Of a DNA stretch of 64,000 nt, positions 1-9,860 are shown in pieces. The stretch comes from a virus. Made by a program: the position numbers and the translations under genes. How positions within the stretch are numbered: position 1 is the first letter of the stretch; each line of letters starts with the position of its first letter. The notes under the pieces are model-generated. The model ran no database searches, was not told the origin of the DNA, and saw nothing but the letters and a program-made list of their open reading frames with translations. Where the stretch lies: positions 96,001 to 160,000 of IMG/VR virus record IMGVR_UViG_3300046170_000494; one strand, given 5' to 3'.

Positions 1-133
1 CAATCACAGGTATTTGCGAGCTTATGTATTTAACCCAATCAAAAAGCTTTCTGTGTTTTCCAAATCTATCATTATTGAAAAAACTTAACCATTGATTTTT
101 GAGATCTATTAATTCTTGTTGTTTTTTATTCAT
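1..133 (-). CDS. partial hypothetical protein running off the left edge (MNKKQQELIDLKNQWLSFF...)
   Basis: ATG at 133-131 overlaps the TGA of the 130..1635 ORF (ATGA coupling); my translation has no stop to base 1. Not in the ORF track (44 codons visible). Confidence 0.6.
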   Translation of the reverse strand, partial: MNKKQQELIDLKNQWLSFFNNDRFGKHRKLFDWVKYISSQIPVI

Positions 134-1635
134 TTGAATTTCATTTTATTTTTATCTATAGGGTTTCTTACCCCCCAATGTTCAACTCCACTTTCATCGT
201 ACATAGCTTCTTTACCTAAACCATTAGCTATATTGAATGTATTTTTATCGTATTTAAATAGAAAAGTCTCTTCGGGCGGAGTTTCTATGAAAATTTGAAT
301 ATACTTTGATTCATTTATCTTTTCAATTATTTTATCTAAAACTTCTTCGCTTGGATGTCTTTCTAGACTGTGTCCATAAATCATTTTAGTTAAAGCGTGA
401 AAATATGTAATTGGCGCTAATGTTAATATATCTTGCCAACCTGACCTTCTTCTCCTTAACATTAAATCTAATGCTGATTTATGTAGTGGATTATTTGGGG
501 CGCTAATCATAATATCTTGAGAAAAGTCTATGATTTTTCCATGATTGGAGTGCAGGGGTAAAACGCATTTTGCGTTTTTTTGTATAATTGAGTCTAGATC
601 TTTATTTGTATGTCTATCTATATCTGTATATAGGCCACCTTCGTTAACTATTTTTAATAGACGCCATGTGTCAACTTTTGATACTATCGGTGCGTCTTTA
701 ATTAAATTGTAGTCTACGCTTGATAAGTTCTCCTTTAAATAAGTTTCTACTTCGTTATCATCTGAGATGATAAGCTCCCAGTTAGGGTTTAACTTAATTA
801 AATTCTGTATTCCATTTATAGCTAATTGATTTGAACTTTCTAAGATAGATTTATCTTTCCATGAAATATGAATTTTTTTAGGTATAGATGGTAGAGGTTC
901 AAGTAAATCATCTAGATTTTTTGATTGAGAACTTATTCTCATAATAGAAGAATTATTAAAAAAACTAGATTTCTTTTTGGGTAAATTAATCGGATCAGAA
1001 TATACTTTTTTATGATACTTGCTATTATCTAGTTCAAAATTAGTTGCAGCTTCCCTACCTCCGAACTTTAAATCCTGAAGAAAAATAGGTTTCTTAAGAG
1101 CGTATACATTATAATTTGTCTGCATTTCCGCAGCAAAAACATCCCAAATTTTATCTTGATAAAAACCATCGATCATAGCTTTCTGATAAGCCGCTGCGCC
1201 GAGAGCGCTGCAAATCATTATTGAGTGACCGCTTAACATATTAAATATTTGATAAGTATTTTCATCTACCTCTTTTGCAGAGATATCATCAACAGCTTTA
1301 CCGTTATTCATTGCAAGCTGGGACAAACCTAGATAAAACAAATCAGCATCATACGGAATATCTATCTCTTCTGGCATTTCCCTGAAAAAAGAAATATCGT
1401 CCTCTAATATCACAAAGGGTTGAAATGGTTTGTCATTATCTTGATCCCTTAACCCTGCCTCAATCATTCTTGCATGACCTATACTTCCAGATTTTTCTTT
1501 TGATATACCTATTTCAAAAGGTAGTACTTTTTTGCATTGATAATATTTTAATATAGATTCTACATGTTTAGAGTTTTCACTATCTTCTGTTTTTGTTAGA
1601 TAATAAAATTTAATATTATTTGTTTTGAGTATCAT
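130..1635 (-). CDS. bifunctional glycosyltransferase: GT25-like N-domain fused to GT32-like (DXD) C-domain
   Basis: N-half FVILEDDI...ADLFYLGLS; C-half IPKKIHISW...DTWRLLKIVNEGGLYTDID; C-half is an obvious paralog of 18827..19585. Confidence 0.8.
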   Translation of the reverse strand: MILKTNNIKFYYLTKTEDSENSKHVESILKYYQCKKVLPFEIGISKEKSGSIGHARMIEAGLRDQDNDKPFQPFVILEDDISFFREMPEEIDIPYDADLFYLGLSQLAMNNGKAVDDISAKEVDENTYQIFNMLSGHSIMICSALGAAAYQKAMIDGFYQDKIWDVFAAEMQTNYNVYALKKPIFLQDLKFGGREAATNFELDNSKYHKKVYSDPINLPKKKSSFFNNSSIMRISSQSKNLDDLLEPLPSIPKKIHISWKDKSILESSNQLAINGIQNLIKLNPNWELIISDDNEVETYLKENLSSVDYNLIKDAPIVSKVDTWRLLKIVNEGGLYTDIDRHTNKDLDSIIQKNAKCVLPLHSNHGKIIDFSQDIMISAPNNPLHKSALDLMLRRRRSGWQDILTLAPITYFHALTKMIYGHSLERHPSEEVLDKIIEKINESKYIQIFIETPPEETFLFKYDKNTFNIANGLGKEAMYDESGVEHWGVRNPIDKNKMKFK

Positions 1636-2716
1636 CTATTATTTTCTTATATACATTAATGTTGTTTGTATTATATGGACTATATTTATTTAGGAAATTT
1701 CTATTATCTTCCCTGCTTTGATCTAGTGTTTTTGAATGATTAAGTATAGCGTTCTTTAATTGGTTTGCGCCAAAATCTACATCGCAGTCTGGATAATAAT
1801 AACCTACATCTTGTAAAGTTGGCGAATTATGTATTAAGGGCAGGTTTAAAAATAAAGCCTCGAGATAACTGTAGTTTAGTTCATTTTTTATTTGATGGCT
1901 AACTATAGTGCTTCCAAATTTACTTAAAGCGTTGAGAGAACCCCATCTTTTATTAAAGTAGCAAAAGTCTTTCTTTTTAACTACACTTAGTCTATTCATT
2001 AGTTTTTCAAAAAATGGATTAAACTTAATTCGTTGACAACAGAATAAATTTACAGATTTCATTATTTCCGAATCCTTGTGATAGAGGTTTTCGCATATAT
2101 TAATTGGCACTATACAATTTTTAATATATGAAATATTAGGTTCAAAGATACATATTTTATGGCTTCTGGCTTGTGTATAATTAGGATCCAAGCCTTTGTA
2201 TTTTAATTCTTGTATCTTATCTTCTACGAAAAATGAATCCCATATAAATGGTATGACTATAACTTTTTCAAAATTATAATATGTCTTAATATAGTTTTTT
2301 GAAAATTCATGTTGCGGGGATATCCAGATTTGATCTAGATATTTTGGCTTTTCTAATGGAAGCTTTGCGCTTTTATCTAATAAGGAGTGATGTATGTCGT
2401 CCATTAATTTATTGCCAAAATGAATCAAAATTGTATTGAAATTTTTATTTCTAGATTTAAATTTATCGTACATCTCTGGCAGTAAATCAAATCCAGCTAC
2501 TATTATTAGATCTAAGCTTTCGTTGTCATCAGATAATAAGTCATCTAATAGCATGCCTTTGTGATCTTTTTTTAATTTATGTAATGGCTCTTTATATGTA
2601 ATGTAGAAACATTCGTGGCCGCATCTTTGTATCATTTCGTACAAGAAGACTATATTTTGTTGCATCCCGTTCGCCCAGAAGGCGACCGACATATCGAGGG
2701 TTATTCCTATTTTCAT
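1616..2716 (-). CDS. DUF2827-like putative GT-B glycosyltransferase, copy 1
   Basis: MKIGIT...NGMQQNIVFL, ICIFEPNISYIKNCIVP, NELNYSYLEAL...PLIHNS...GYYYPD match the DUF2827 pattern as I recall it. Confidence 0.75.
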   Translation of the reverse strand: MKIGITLDMSVAFWANGMQQNIVFLYEMIQRCGHECFYITYKEPLHKLKKDHKGMLLDDLLSDDNESLDLIIVAGFDLLPEMYDKFKSRNKNFNTILIHFGNKLMDDIHHSLLDKSAKLPLEKPKYLDQIWISPQHEFSKNYIKTYYNFEKVIVIPFIWDSFFVEDKIQELKYKGLDPNYTQARSHKICIFEPNISYIKNCIVPINICENLYHKDSEIMKSVNLFCCQRIKFNPFFEKLMNRLSVVKKKDFCYFNKRWGSLNALSKFGSTIVSHQIKNELNYSYLEALFLNLPLIHNSPTLQDVGYYYPDCDVDFGANQLKNAILNHSKTLDQSREDNRNFLNKYSPYNTNNINVYKKIIDDTQNK

Positions 2717-3792
2717 GACAATAATTTTTTATATTTTTCTATAACAAGTGGATTTTTGGGTGAATATTTGTAAATTGTTTTTCTAGAGTTTTCTTTGTAA
2801 GATTCCAGGTTTTGATCGTGGTAGTTTAGGGCTAGTTCTAAAGCTCTACTTCCAAGTTTAGTGTCGTAATCAGGGTAATAATATCCTGCTGATTTAATAA
2901 TATTGGAATTATGAACTAATGGAAAATTGAAATGTAACGCTTCGAGATAAGTATAATTCAGGGCATTTAGTAGTTGGTTGGAGATAAATATATTGGATAA
3001 GCCTGTGAATATTTTGGTCACTTTTATTCTCGGCTTGAATTCAATTTTATTTTCTTTTGTAATGTTGAGTTTCCACATTAAAGATTTGAAGTATTTTTTA
3101 TCTAAAAACTTTGATGCGCAATAAACAGATATTTTGTTGAAATCTTCTTTACTTATATTTGAAAAATATTCCTCCGCTATCATAATTGAAGGGAGGCAGT
3201 GCTTAGTTATGTTTAAATTAGGTTCGAGTATACCAATATTTTTCTCTTCTCCTGCCTTATAGTAGCATGTTTTGTTTATTTTATTCCAGATTTTTTCATG
3301 AATATCTACATATTTAGGGCTCCAGATATAAGGTAATTCGAATATTTTTTCCGTATGATAATACGTTTTATAGTAATTGTAGGAAAATTTATAATGGGGA
3401 GATATCCAAACTTCGTCAGCGGTTTCATTATCTATTGCTAAGTGATCCTGCCAACTACATCTTTCTATATCGGCTAGCATTCCGTTGCCATAAACTATAT
3501 GAATATTTTTAAAACTTTTATTTTTTTGCCTTATTAATGAAATCGTGGAAGATTCTATTAGCCAGGCAGTGTTTAGTACAAAAGCTAAATCATCACAATA
3601 ATCTAAGATTTCATTTTTTTCAATAATTATAATATCACATGGAGGATCAACACATTTATCTATGTCATGATTTACTGCAATAATAGGATTGAATCCTAAA
3701 TTAATTAATAATTCAGATAAAAATACAATATTTTGCTGCAAACCATTACTAAAAAGCCCGTTTTCAAAATTAGCTGTCAATAAAACTTTCAT
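2713..3792 (-). CDS. DUF2827-like putative GT-B glycosyltransferase, copy 2
   Basis: NGLQQNIVFL, VWISPHY, IGILEPNLNITKHCLP, NALNYTYLEAL...PLVHNS...GYYYPD; tandem paralog of 1616..2716 with ATGA overlap. Confidence 0.75.
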   Translation of the reverse strand: MKVLLTANFENGLFSNGLQQNIVFLSELLINLGFNPIIAVNHDIDKCVDPPCDIIIIEKNEILDYCDDLAFVLNTAWLIESSTISLIRQKNKSFKNIHIVYGNGMLADIERCSWQDHLAIDNETADEVWISPHYKFSYNYYKTYYHTEKIFELPYIWSPKYVDIHEKIWNKINKTCYYKAGEEKNIGILEPNLNITKHCLPSIMIAEEYFSNISKEDFNKISVYCASKFLDKKYFKSLMWKLNITKENKIEFKPRIKVTKIFTGLSNIFISNQLLNALNYTYLEALHFNFPLVHNSNIIKSAGYYYPDYDTKLGSRALELALNYHDQNLESYKENSRKTIYKYSPKNPLVIEKYKKLLS

Positions 3793-3807
3793 TGACTTAA
3801 TTTACAC
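3793..3807 (-). promoter_or_regulatory. putative late promoter GTGTAA, 9 nt before ATG (leaderless)
   Basis: minus strand GTGTAA-ATTAAGTCA-ATG; same motif precedes about ten structural transcription units. Confidence 0.6.
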
Positions 3808-3809
3808 AA

Positions 3810-6770
3810 TTAATTTTCCGAAATTACAAAACTTGCTGGATTAGATGTTGAGGTATTTGCTGATCTGTTTAGTTTGTCTAAATTAAAAACAAAGCTCCCA
3901 TCTGAATCTGTGAGTCCGCTTGAGTTACATATTGTAAATTTATTATTTACATCGTAAGAATTGTCCAGCTGTATGCCATCAGAGTAAGATTGATAGGTAT
4001 ATATTGTTCCTCCGTTTGGAGCCGTACCTCCTTCAGAGACATTTTCAAAAGTTACGCTGCTAGTATTTGAGACAGTGGTTCCTATGTCAGCTAAACCTGC
4101 CCCTAAGCTATTTGGGGAGGCATTAATTGTTCTAGAGGAAAATCCTGCAAGCGTATAATTTGGGTTAGTTGAAATTGAATTTGTTGTAATTCCTGCTAAA
4201 TTAGTTGCGGTAATACTCCATGAGAAAGTTCCTTTTGTATTAGAATCTGAAACTGTAATTGTATAAGAATTACTCGTCTCTCCTGTTCCCGAACTATTGA
4301 TGACAAGAACAGGCTGATTGCTTTGAGATGAATCAAGACTTAGAGTTGGGCTATTCAGCATTAGCTGCGAACTTTGAAGATAAAATTGATCTGATATTCC
4401 TGATGGTGAGCTTGATAATTTTGAAGCTAAATTATTTATTGATAAAGTCAGTGGTGTGTTTGCTATATTTACTATATCTTGACGTTCGATAGTTATACCG
4501 TTTGATGTTTTCGTTCCTGATAAGATGAAATTATTAACAGATATATTATATGAACCGCCTAATCTAAAAACCTCTTTTTTAACTAAAGCGTATCCGTTTG
4601 AACTAAGCTGGGGTGTAGTATTAATGCTTACGGTTTGCGTACTACCCGAAGTAGGTTGTAACCCGCTATGATTTAAGTTTACGCCAGATGAAGCCACTGC
4701 AGATAAGTTTGGCTGACTGTTAATAAAATTTATAATTGGCCCATTATAAGGCCATCCATTTTGGCGCTTTGGATAATTAACTATAAGTGTAGTACCAGAG
4801 GTAGAAATAGATGCAGTACCTCCGTAATTTATGATGTTCAACCTAAGATGTGTATAAGCTCCTGCATAAGGCCCAGTCATAGTAACCCTTACATATCCTC
4901 CAGGTTGATTTAATAACTGCCTAACTACCCAATTTCCATAATATTCTAATTCATTATCAAATTGACTATTGGTAGAGAAGTTTAATTCACCAGATCCACC
5001 TAAATTGTTATCATCTATATAAAGAGTGTCTACGTTATTTTTTTCGAAATTGATAGTGGCAGATTCAGAATTTTTTAATGCACTTTGATTAATCGGGTAA
5101 TCTATTCCTAACAAGTTTAAATACGGTACTGATCCGTTATTTAATGTGGCAGTATCTGATGTTGTGAACTTATCGCTCAGTGTTCCAAAATTATTTCTTG
5201 CAATAAATGCTGCAGGTTGACTTCCGTCTCTGGTCGAAGATCCTATTGAACCGTATACATTAATAGGAACTGTAAATTTATAGCTTCCGTCTGAAAGAGT
5301 TGTCTTCGAGTAGCTTGAGGAGTAAGAAGTTTGTGATCCGTTAGATACACCTTCACTTCTAACTGAAAGAGAAATATTGTTTATCGATGTACCTTTACCA
5401 TCTATAAAGATTTCGGATTGCACAGTGTCTCCAGCTTTAATTTCAGAAGTACCAATTGAATGCGGAGAAGTAGCTGAGGAAGCTATTGACTGTAAGGAGG
5501 CTCCAGTTATTTGCGGCCCGTTTGCAATTTTAACTTTTATACTATCTGTGTCTGTTGCTCCGTTTGAAGTTTTAGAAGCAGAAATTGTTATATTGTTTGA
5601 ATTATTGTATATTCCTTGTACGTAATCTACTGTTTTTACCGATTGAAAAACTGCAGGATCGGTGATTGAAATATCATTACTTGTTGTATATGAAACTAAA
5701 TCAGATGAACTATTCCAATTAGATATACTATTATTAAAAGTTGTGGATTCTCCTTCTCTTAAACCATCTGTTCTACCATTATATGAAGTTGGATTACTTG
5801 CAGATATTGATGGATAAATTTGATCTACATCTCTAGTTCCACTACCGTGAACAAAAACTTCAGATGATATTGCATCTCCAGTTGAGCCAAAGGCGTTTAC
5901 CGCTTGTACTGCTACTCCGTGTGAACCATTGGATACATTTGAAACTGTTATTGGTATTGTGGCCGTAAATATGCCGTTTGATTCTACTAAACTGTAATTA
6001 GCGAAATTTATTTGTTGAGCTAAACCTGAGCCTAAAACTTTAATAGAACTAACATCATTTGTGTCAAAGTCTACGTATACATTTAAGGAATCTCCTTGTT
6101 TTAAATGAGTTGACCCTATGTTTTCTCCTGGTTTAGGCGTTGCGGCAGTTATTGGGTCAATTCTTATATCTACAGCTTCTGGACCTCCTCCTGCTTCGGA
6201 TAGGGGTATTATGATTGTTCTACCATTAGCTTCTCCGCTTAATTCAGTCTTGCCTTCTATATTTAAGTTATCTATAAATCCAATAAATCTTCTTGTATTA
6301 TCTCCTAGCTGCTGTATGTTTCCAAAAGGTATTTGTTGTCCTTCAATGTAAGCGGAACCCATATAGTCATCATTGGGTCCGTCCCATTGCATTTCAACCC
6401 TTAAATCTTCTGCAGTAGTAACTTCTACAGAAGATAAATACAAATTTGGGTCTGGTGTGTTATAATAAGTTTTATTTGTAACGCCTATATTATCAAGTAC
6501 ATCTGAAAAGAAAACAAATTCCGCTGCTCCAGATTGTACTTGAGAGACAGATGTTCCTAAGCTAGCCACATCTACTCCATCTAGGGTTAAACCGCTGATA
6601 AAATTACCACTTAAAAATTCTACTGAATCTTGCGTGGTTAAATTTTGATCCATTGAGAACTCTAAATCCCCAATAAAAAGATTGTCGAAATATCCTGTAG
6701 CCCAAGGCTTACCTAATCGACCTACTCCACCTTCTCCGCTATTTCTTGGAACTAAATTTCTTGTAGCCAT
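3810..6770 (-). CDS. Ser/Thr/Asn-rich virion structural protein with repeated Ig-like beta domains
   Basis: N-terminus MATRNLVPRNSGEGGVGRLGKPW typical of phage fibre/decoration proteins; internal duplication (KQGDSLNV/KAGDTVQS; SASKTSNG...KIAN/SGTKTSNG...NIAN). Confidence 0.6.
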   Translation of the reverse strand: MATRNLVPRNSGEGGVGRLGKPWATGYFDNLFIGDLEFSMDQNLTTQDSVEFLSGNFISGLTLDGVDVASLGTSVSQVQSGAAEFVFFSDVLDNIGVTNKTYYNTPDPNLYLSSVEVTTAEDLRVEMQWDGPNDDYMGSAYIEGQQIPFGNIQQLGDNTRRFIGFIDNLNIEGKTELSGEANGRTIIIPLSEAGGGPEAVDIRIDPITAATPKPGENIGSTHLKQGDSLNVYVDFDTNDVSSIKVLGSGLAQQINFANYSLVESNGIFTATIPITVSNVSNGSHGVAVQAVNAFGSTGDAISSEVFVHGSGTRDVDQIYPSISASNPTSYNGRTDGLREGESTTFNNSISNWNSSSDLVSYTTSNDISITDPAVFQSVKTVDYVQGIYNNSNNITISASKTSNGATDTDSIKVKIANGPQITGASLQSIASSATSPHSIGTSEIKAGDTVQSEIFIDGKGTSINNISLSVRSEGVSNGSQTSYSSSYSKTTLSDGSYKFTVPINVYGSIGSSTRDGSQPAAFIARNNFGTLSDKFTTSDTATLNNGSVPYLNLLGIDYPINQSALKNSESATINFEKNNVDTLYIDDNNLGGSGELNFSTNSQFDNELEYYGNWVVRQLLNQPGGYVRVTMTGPYAGAYTHLRLNIINYGGTASISTSGTTLIVNYPKRQNGWPYNGPIINFINSQPNLSAVASSGVNLNHSGLQPTSGSTQTVSINTTPQLSSNGYALVKKEVFRLGGSYNISVNNFILSGTKTSNGITIERQDIVNIANTPLTLSINNLASKLSSSPSGISDQFYLQSSQLMLNSPTLSLDSSQSNQPVLVINSSGTGETSNSYTITVSDSNTKGTFSWSITATNLAGITTNSISTNPNYTLAGFSSRTINASPNSLGAGLADIGTTVSNTSSVTFENVSEGGTAPNGGTIYTYQSYSDGIQLDNSYDVNNKFTICNSSGLTDSDGSFVFNLDKLNRSANTSTSNPASFVISEN

Positions 6771-6784
6771 TACTTATATTACAC
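6771..6784 (-). promoter_or_regulatory. putative late promoter GTGTAA, 8 nt before ATG
   Basis: minus strand GTGTAA-TATAAGTA-ATG. Confidence 0.6.
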
Positions 6785-6792
6785 AAATTATA

Positions 6793-9700
6793 CTAAAATG
6801 ATATATCATCTGTAAATGCTTCCGGTCCGGTATTATATCTCCAGATATTAGCTCTTAATTCTATATCAGTTTCATTCTTTAATATCCACATCGTATCAGA
6901 TATTTCTTTTTCGTTACTTGGTATAATATCTCCATTTTCATCTATTTCAAAAGCTTCTTTTAAGTCGTATCTATCTACTGATCCAGTTATGGAGCCGGAT
7001 ATATCACTAGCTTTTATTTCGTCGGTTAAAATTAAAGATTTTTCGTCGTCGGAAACTTTTAAAAATTTACCACTACCACTAATGAATGAAGTGGGGGTGT
7101 CAAGTAAATCTAAAAAGTTTGAAGCTCCGGCAGTATTAACTTTCCTTTCTAAATTTAAGTATGTATCATTTGGATTAGATGATATAGAGAATTGTCCTGT
7201 ATCTGTAGAAAAATGTTCTATTTCTGCCACGATGTAATCGTCGTGAGTTAAAAAAACGTTTTTGATATTAACTTGAGGTTTTAGTATTGATGAATATGCT
7301 GAATTATACTCTTCGACTAATTCACTATCTTGTTTAAATCTTATATCCGAACCTAGATAAGTTGTTTGATTTGTAGATATATTTTTCTTATATATATTAG
7401 CGGTAGATTTAAGTATTGATCCTAAGTTTTGGTCTTCTTTATAAGTCCATTCAAAATCTATATCATAGAATGCTGAATCGCTAGCTCTTAGAGTATTATA
7501 CTGTCCTTCGTATAGCCAATTTTTTGAGCCCGAAGATAATTGTCCATTAAAATTTAATATTGTGCCTGATTGATTATTAATGAATTGACCGTCTAATATT
7601 GATGCTTTTGAAAATATACTTCCCGAAGCTTCTACTACTTCGGAGTATTCTATTGAAGTGCCTTCTTTGGATACCCTAAGATATTTTCCTGCGCCATCTT
7701 CTATTCTTTCTGGAGTGTCAAGTAACTGCTCAAAAGTAAAAACTCCGCTTGCTGGAGAATTCTTTTTTTCTATATTTATGTATGTGTCAAATTCCTCTGT
7801 AGATATTTTGTATAATTTTCCTGTATTAGCTGAATAATGACTGGCTACTGCGTATATTTCTTCTTCAGGGGTAAGGAATACATTTTTAATGTTAATTACT
7901 GGATTTAATGCTGAAGAATATGCTCCGCTATACTCTTCGATAAATGCCGCATCTGTTTTGAATTTAACATCGGTTCCTAATATTTCTTGAAAATTTGTTA
8001 ATTTGTTAACTTTGTATACGAGGCTATTAGAGCTTAAAATATCTCCTACATATTCCCCAGAGTTATATTTCCAACTAAAATCAATATCATAATAGCCTTG
8101 TTCTTCTACGTTAAATGTGTTTCTGGAGTTATCTTCACTTAAAGATCTCCAGTCATAAGATCCTTCAGATAATTGCCCTGTAAAATTAATATTAAGTTGA
8201 TTCGCATTACTTAAATATTGCTCTCCAGACGCAAAAGCTTTGCAAAATATAGCAGCTTCGTTTGACGCTGTAACGTGTCCAGATATAACTATACCAGAAC
8301 TAAAGTCTATGCTTGATAATGAACCTTCTAATTCATCTAACCTTTCTTCTACATCAAAGCCGTTTAAATTTAAATTATCAAATATTCCTGCACTGGATAC
8401 AAAGTTTACTCCAGATAGTTCAGAGAATAATCCTGTAGATAGCTCTAGATTCTGAATCAATCCTGATTCAGTAATAAAGTTTACTCCAGATAGTTCAGAG
8501 AATAATCCTGTAGATAGCTCTAGATTCTGAATCAATCCTGATTCAGTAATAAAGTTTACTCCAGATAGTTCAGAGAATAATCCTGTAGATAGCTCTAGAT
8601 TCTGAATCAATCCTGATTCAGTAATAAAGTTTACTCCAGATAGTTCAGAGAATAATCCTGTAGATAGCTCTAGATTCTGAATCAATCCTGATTCAGTAAT
8701 AAAGTTTACCCCAGATAGTTCAGAGAATAATCCTGTAGATAGCTCTAGATTCTGAATCAATCCTGATTCAGTAATAAAGTTTACTCCAGATAGTTCAGAG
8801 AATAATCCTGTAGATAGCTCTAGATTCTGAATCAATCCTGATTCAGTAATAAAGTTTACTCCAGATAGTTCAGAGAATAATCCTGTAGATAGCTCTAGAT
8901 TCTGAATCAATCCTGATTCAGTAATAAAGTTTACTCCAGATAGTTCAGAGAATAATCCTGTAGATAGCTCTAGATTCTGAATCAATCCTGATTCAGTAAT
9001 AAAGTTTACCCCAGATAGTTCAGAGAATAATCCTGTAGATAGCTCTAGATTCTGAATCAATCCTGATTCAGTAATAAAGTTTACTCCAGATAGTTCAGAG
9101 AATAATCCTGTAGATAGCTCTAGATTCTGAATCAATCCTGATTCAGTAATAAAGTTTACTCCAGATAGTTCAGAGAATAATCCTGTAGATAGCTCTAGAT
9201 TCTGAATCAATCCTGATTCAGTAATAAAGTTTACTCCAGATAGTTCAGAGAATAATCCTGTAGATAGCTCTAGATTCTGAATCAATCCTGATTCAGTAAT
9301 AAAGTTTACCCCAGATAGTTCAGAGAATAATCCTGTAGATAGCTCTAGATTCTGAATCAATCCTGATTCAGTAATAAAGTTTACTCCAGATAGTTCAGAG
9401 AATAATCCTGTAGATAGCTCTAGATTCTGAATCAATCCTGATTCAGTAATAAAGTTTACTCCAGATAGTTCAGAGAATAATCCTGTAGATAGCTCTAGAT
9501 TCTGAATCAATCCTGATTCAGTAATAAAGTTTACTCCAGATAGTTCAGAGAATAATCCTGTAGATAGCTCTAGATTCTGAATTAATCCTGATTCAGTAAT
9601 GAAGTTTAATCCAGATAGTTCAGAGAATAATCCTGTAGATAGCTCTAGATTCTGAATCAATCCTGATTCGCCAATTAAGCTTACTCCAGATAGTTCAGAG

Positions 9701-9858
9701 AATAATCCTAGATTTACATTTAATTTTTTTACTGTAATTTCATCTACAGCAATACGATGTCCATCTATTTCTACTAGCGGATCATTAGTGTTTGGTCCTA
9801 TTACATATTGATCTAAACCAATTTTCCTTACCGGCTTTTTTATTTCAAAAAAATCCAT
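6793..9858 (-). CDS. tail fibre-like protein with a 25-aa tandem-repeat shaft and two C1q/TNF-like beta domains
   Basis: (LELSTGLFSELSGVNFITESGLIQN)n shaft; two FxxLLDTP...GxGKxLxV motifs common in phage fibres; two related domains (NFTGQLSEGS..W...YYDIDFSW / NFNGQLSSGS..W...FYDIDFEW). Confidence 0.7.
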   Translation of the reverse strand: MDFFEIKKPVRKIGLDQYVIGPNTNDPLVEIDGHRIAVDEITVKKLNVNLGLFSELSGVSLIGESGLIQNLELSTGLFSELSGLNFITESGLIQNLELSTGLFSELSGVNFITESGLIQNLELSTGLFSELSGVNFITESGLIQNLELSTGLFSELSGVNFITESGLIQNLELSTGLFSELSGVNFITESGLIQNLELSTGLFSELSGVNFITESGLIQNLELSTGLFSELSGVNFITESGLIQNLELSTGLFSELSGVNFITESGLIQNLELSTGLFSELSGVNFITESGLIQNLELSTGLFSELSGVNFITESGLIQNLELSTGLFSELSGVNFITESGLIQNLELSTGLFSELSGVNFITESGLIQNLELSTGLFSELSGVNFITESGLIQNLELSTGLFSELSGVNFITESGLIQNLELSTGLFSELSGVNFITESGLIQNLELSTGLFSELSGVNFITESGLIQNLELSTGLFSELSGVNFVSSAGIFDNLNLNGFDVEERLDELEGSLSSIDFSSGIVISGHVTASNEAAIFCKAFASGEQYLSNANQLNINFTGQLSEGSYDWRSLSEDNSRNTFNVEEQGYYDIDFSWKYNSGEYVGDILSSNSLVYKVNKLTNFQEILGTDVKFKTDAAFIEEYSGAYSSALNPVINIKNVFLTPEEEIYAVASHYSANTGKLYKISTEEFDTYINIEKKNSPASGVFTFEQLLDTPERIEDGAGKYLRVSKEGTSIEYSEVVEASGSIFSKASILDGQFINNQSGTILNFNGQLSSGSKNWLYEGQYNTLRASDSAFYDIDFEWTYKEDQNLGSILKSTANIYKKNISTNQTTYLGSDIRFKQDSELVEEYNSAYSSILKPQVNIKNVFLTHDDYIVAEIEHFSTDTGQFSISSNPNDTYLNLERKVNTAGASNFLDLLDTPTSFISGSGKFLKVSDDEKSLILTDEIKASDISGSITGSVDRYDLKEAFEIDENGDIIPSNEKEISDTMWILKNETDIELRANIWRYNTGPEAFTDDISF
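8401..9709. repeat. intragenic tandem array, 75-bp unit, 17 full copies plus partial, with 300-bp higher-order period
   Basis: units start at 8411+75k (8411...9686); a T-to-C variant occurs only at 8710, 9010 and 9310. Confidence 0.97.
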
Positions 9859-9860
9859 TA

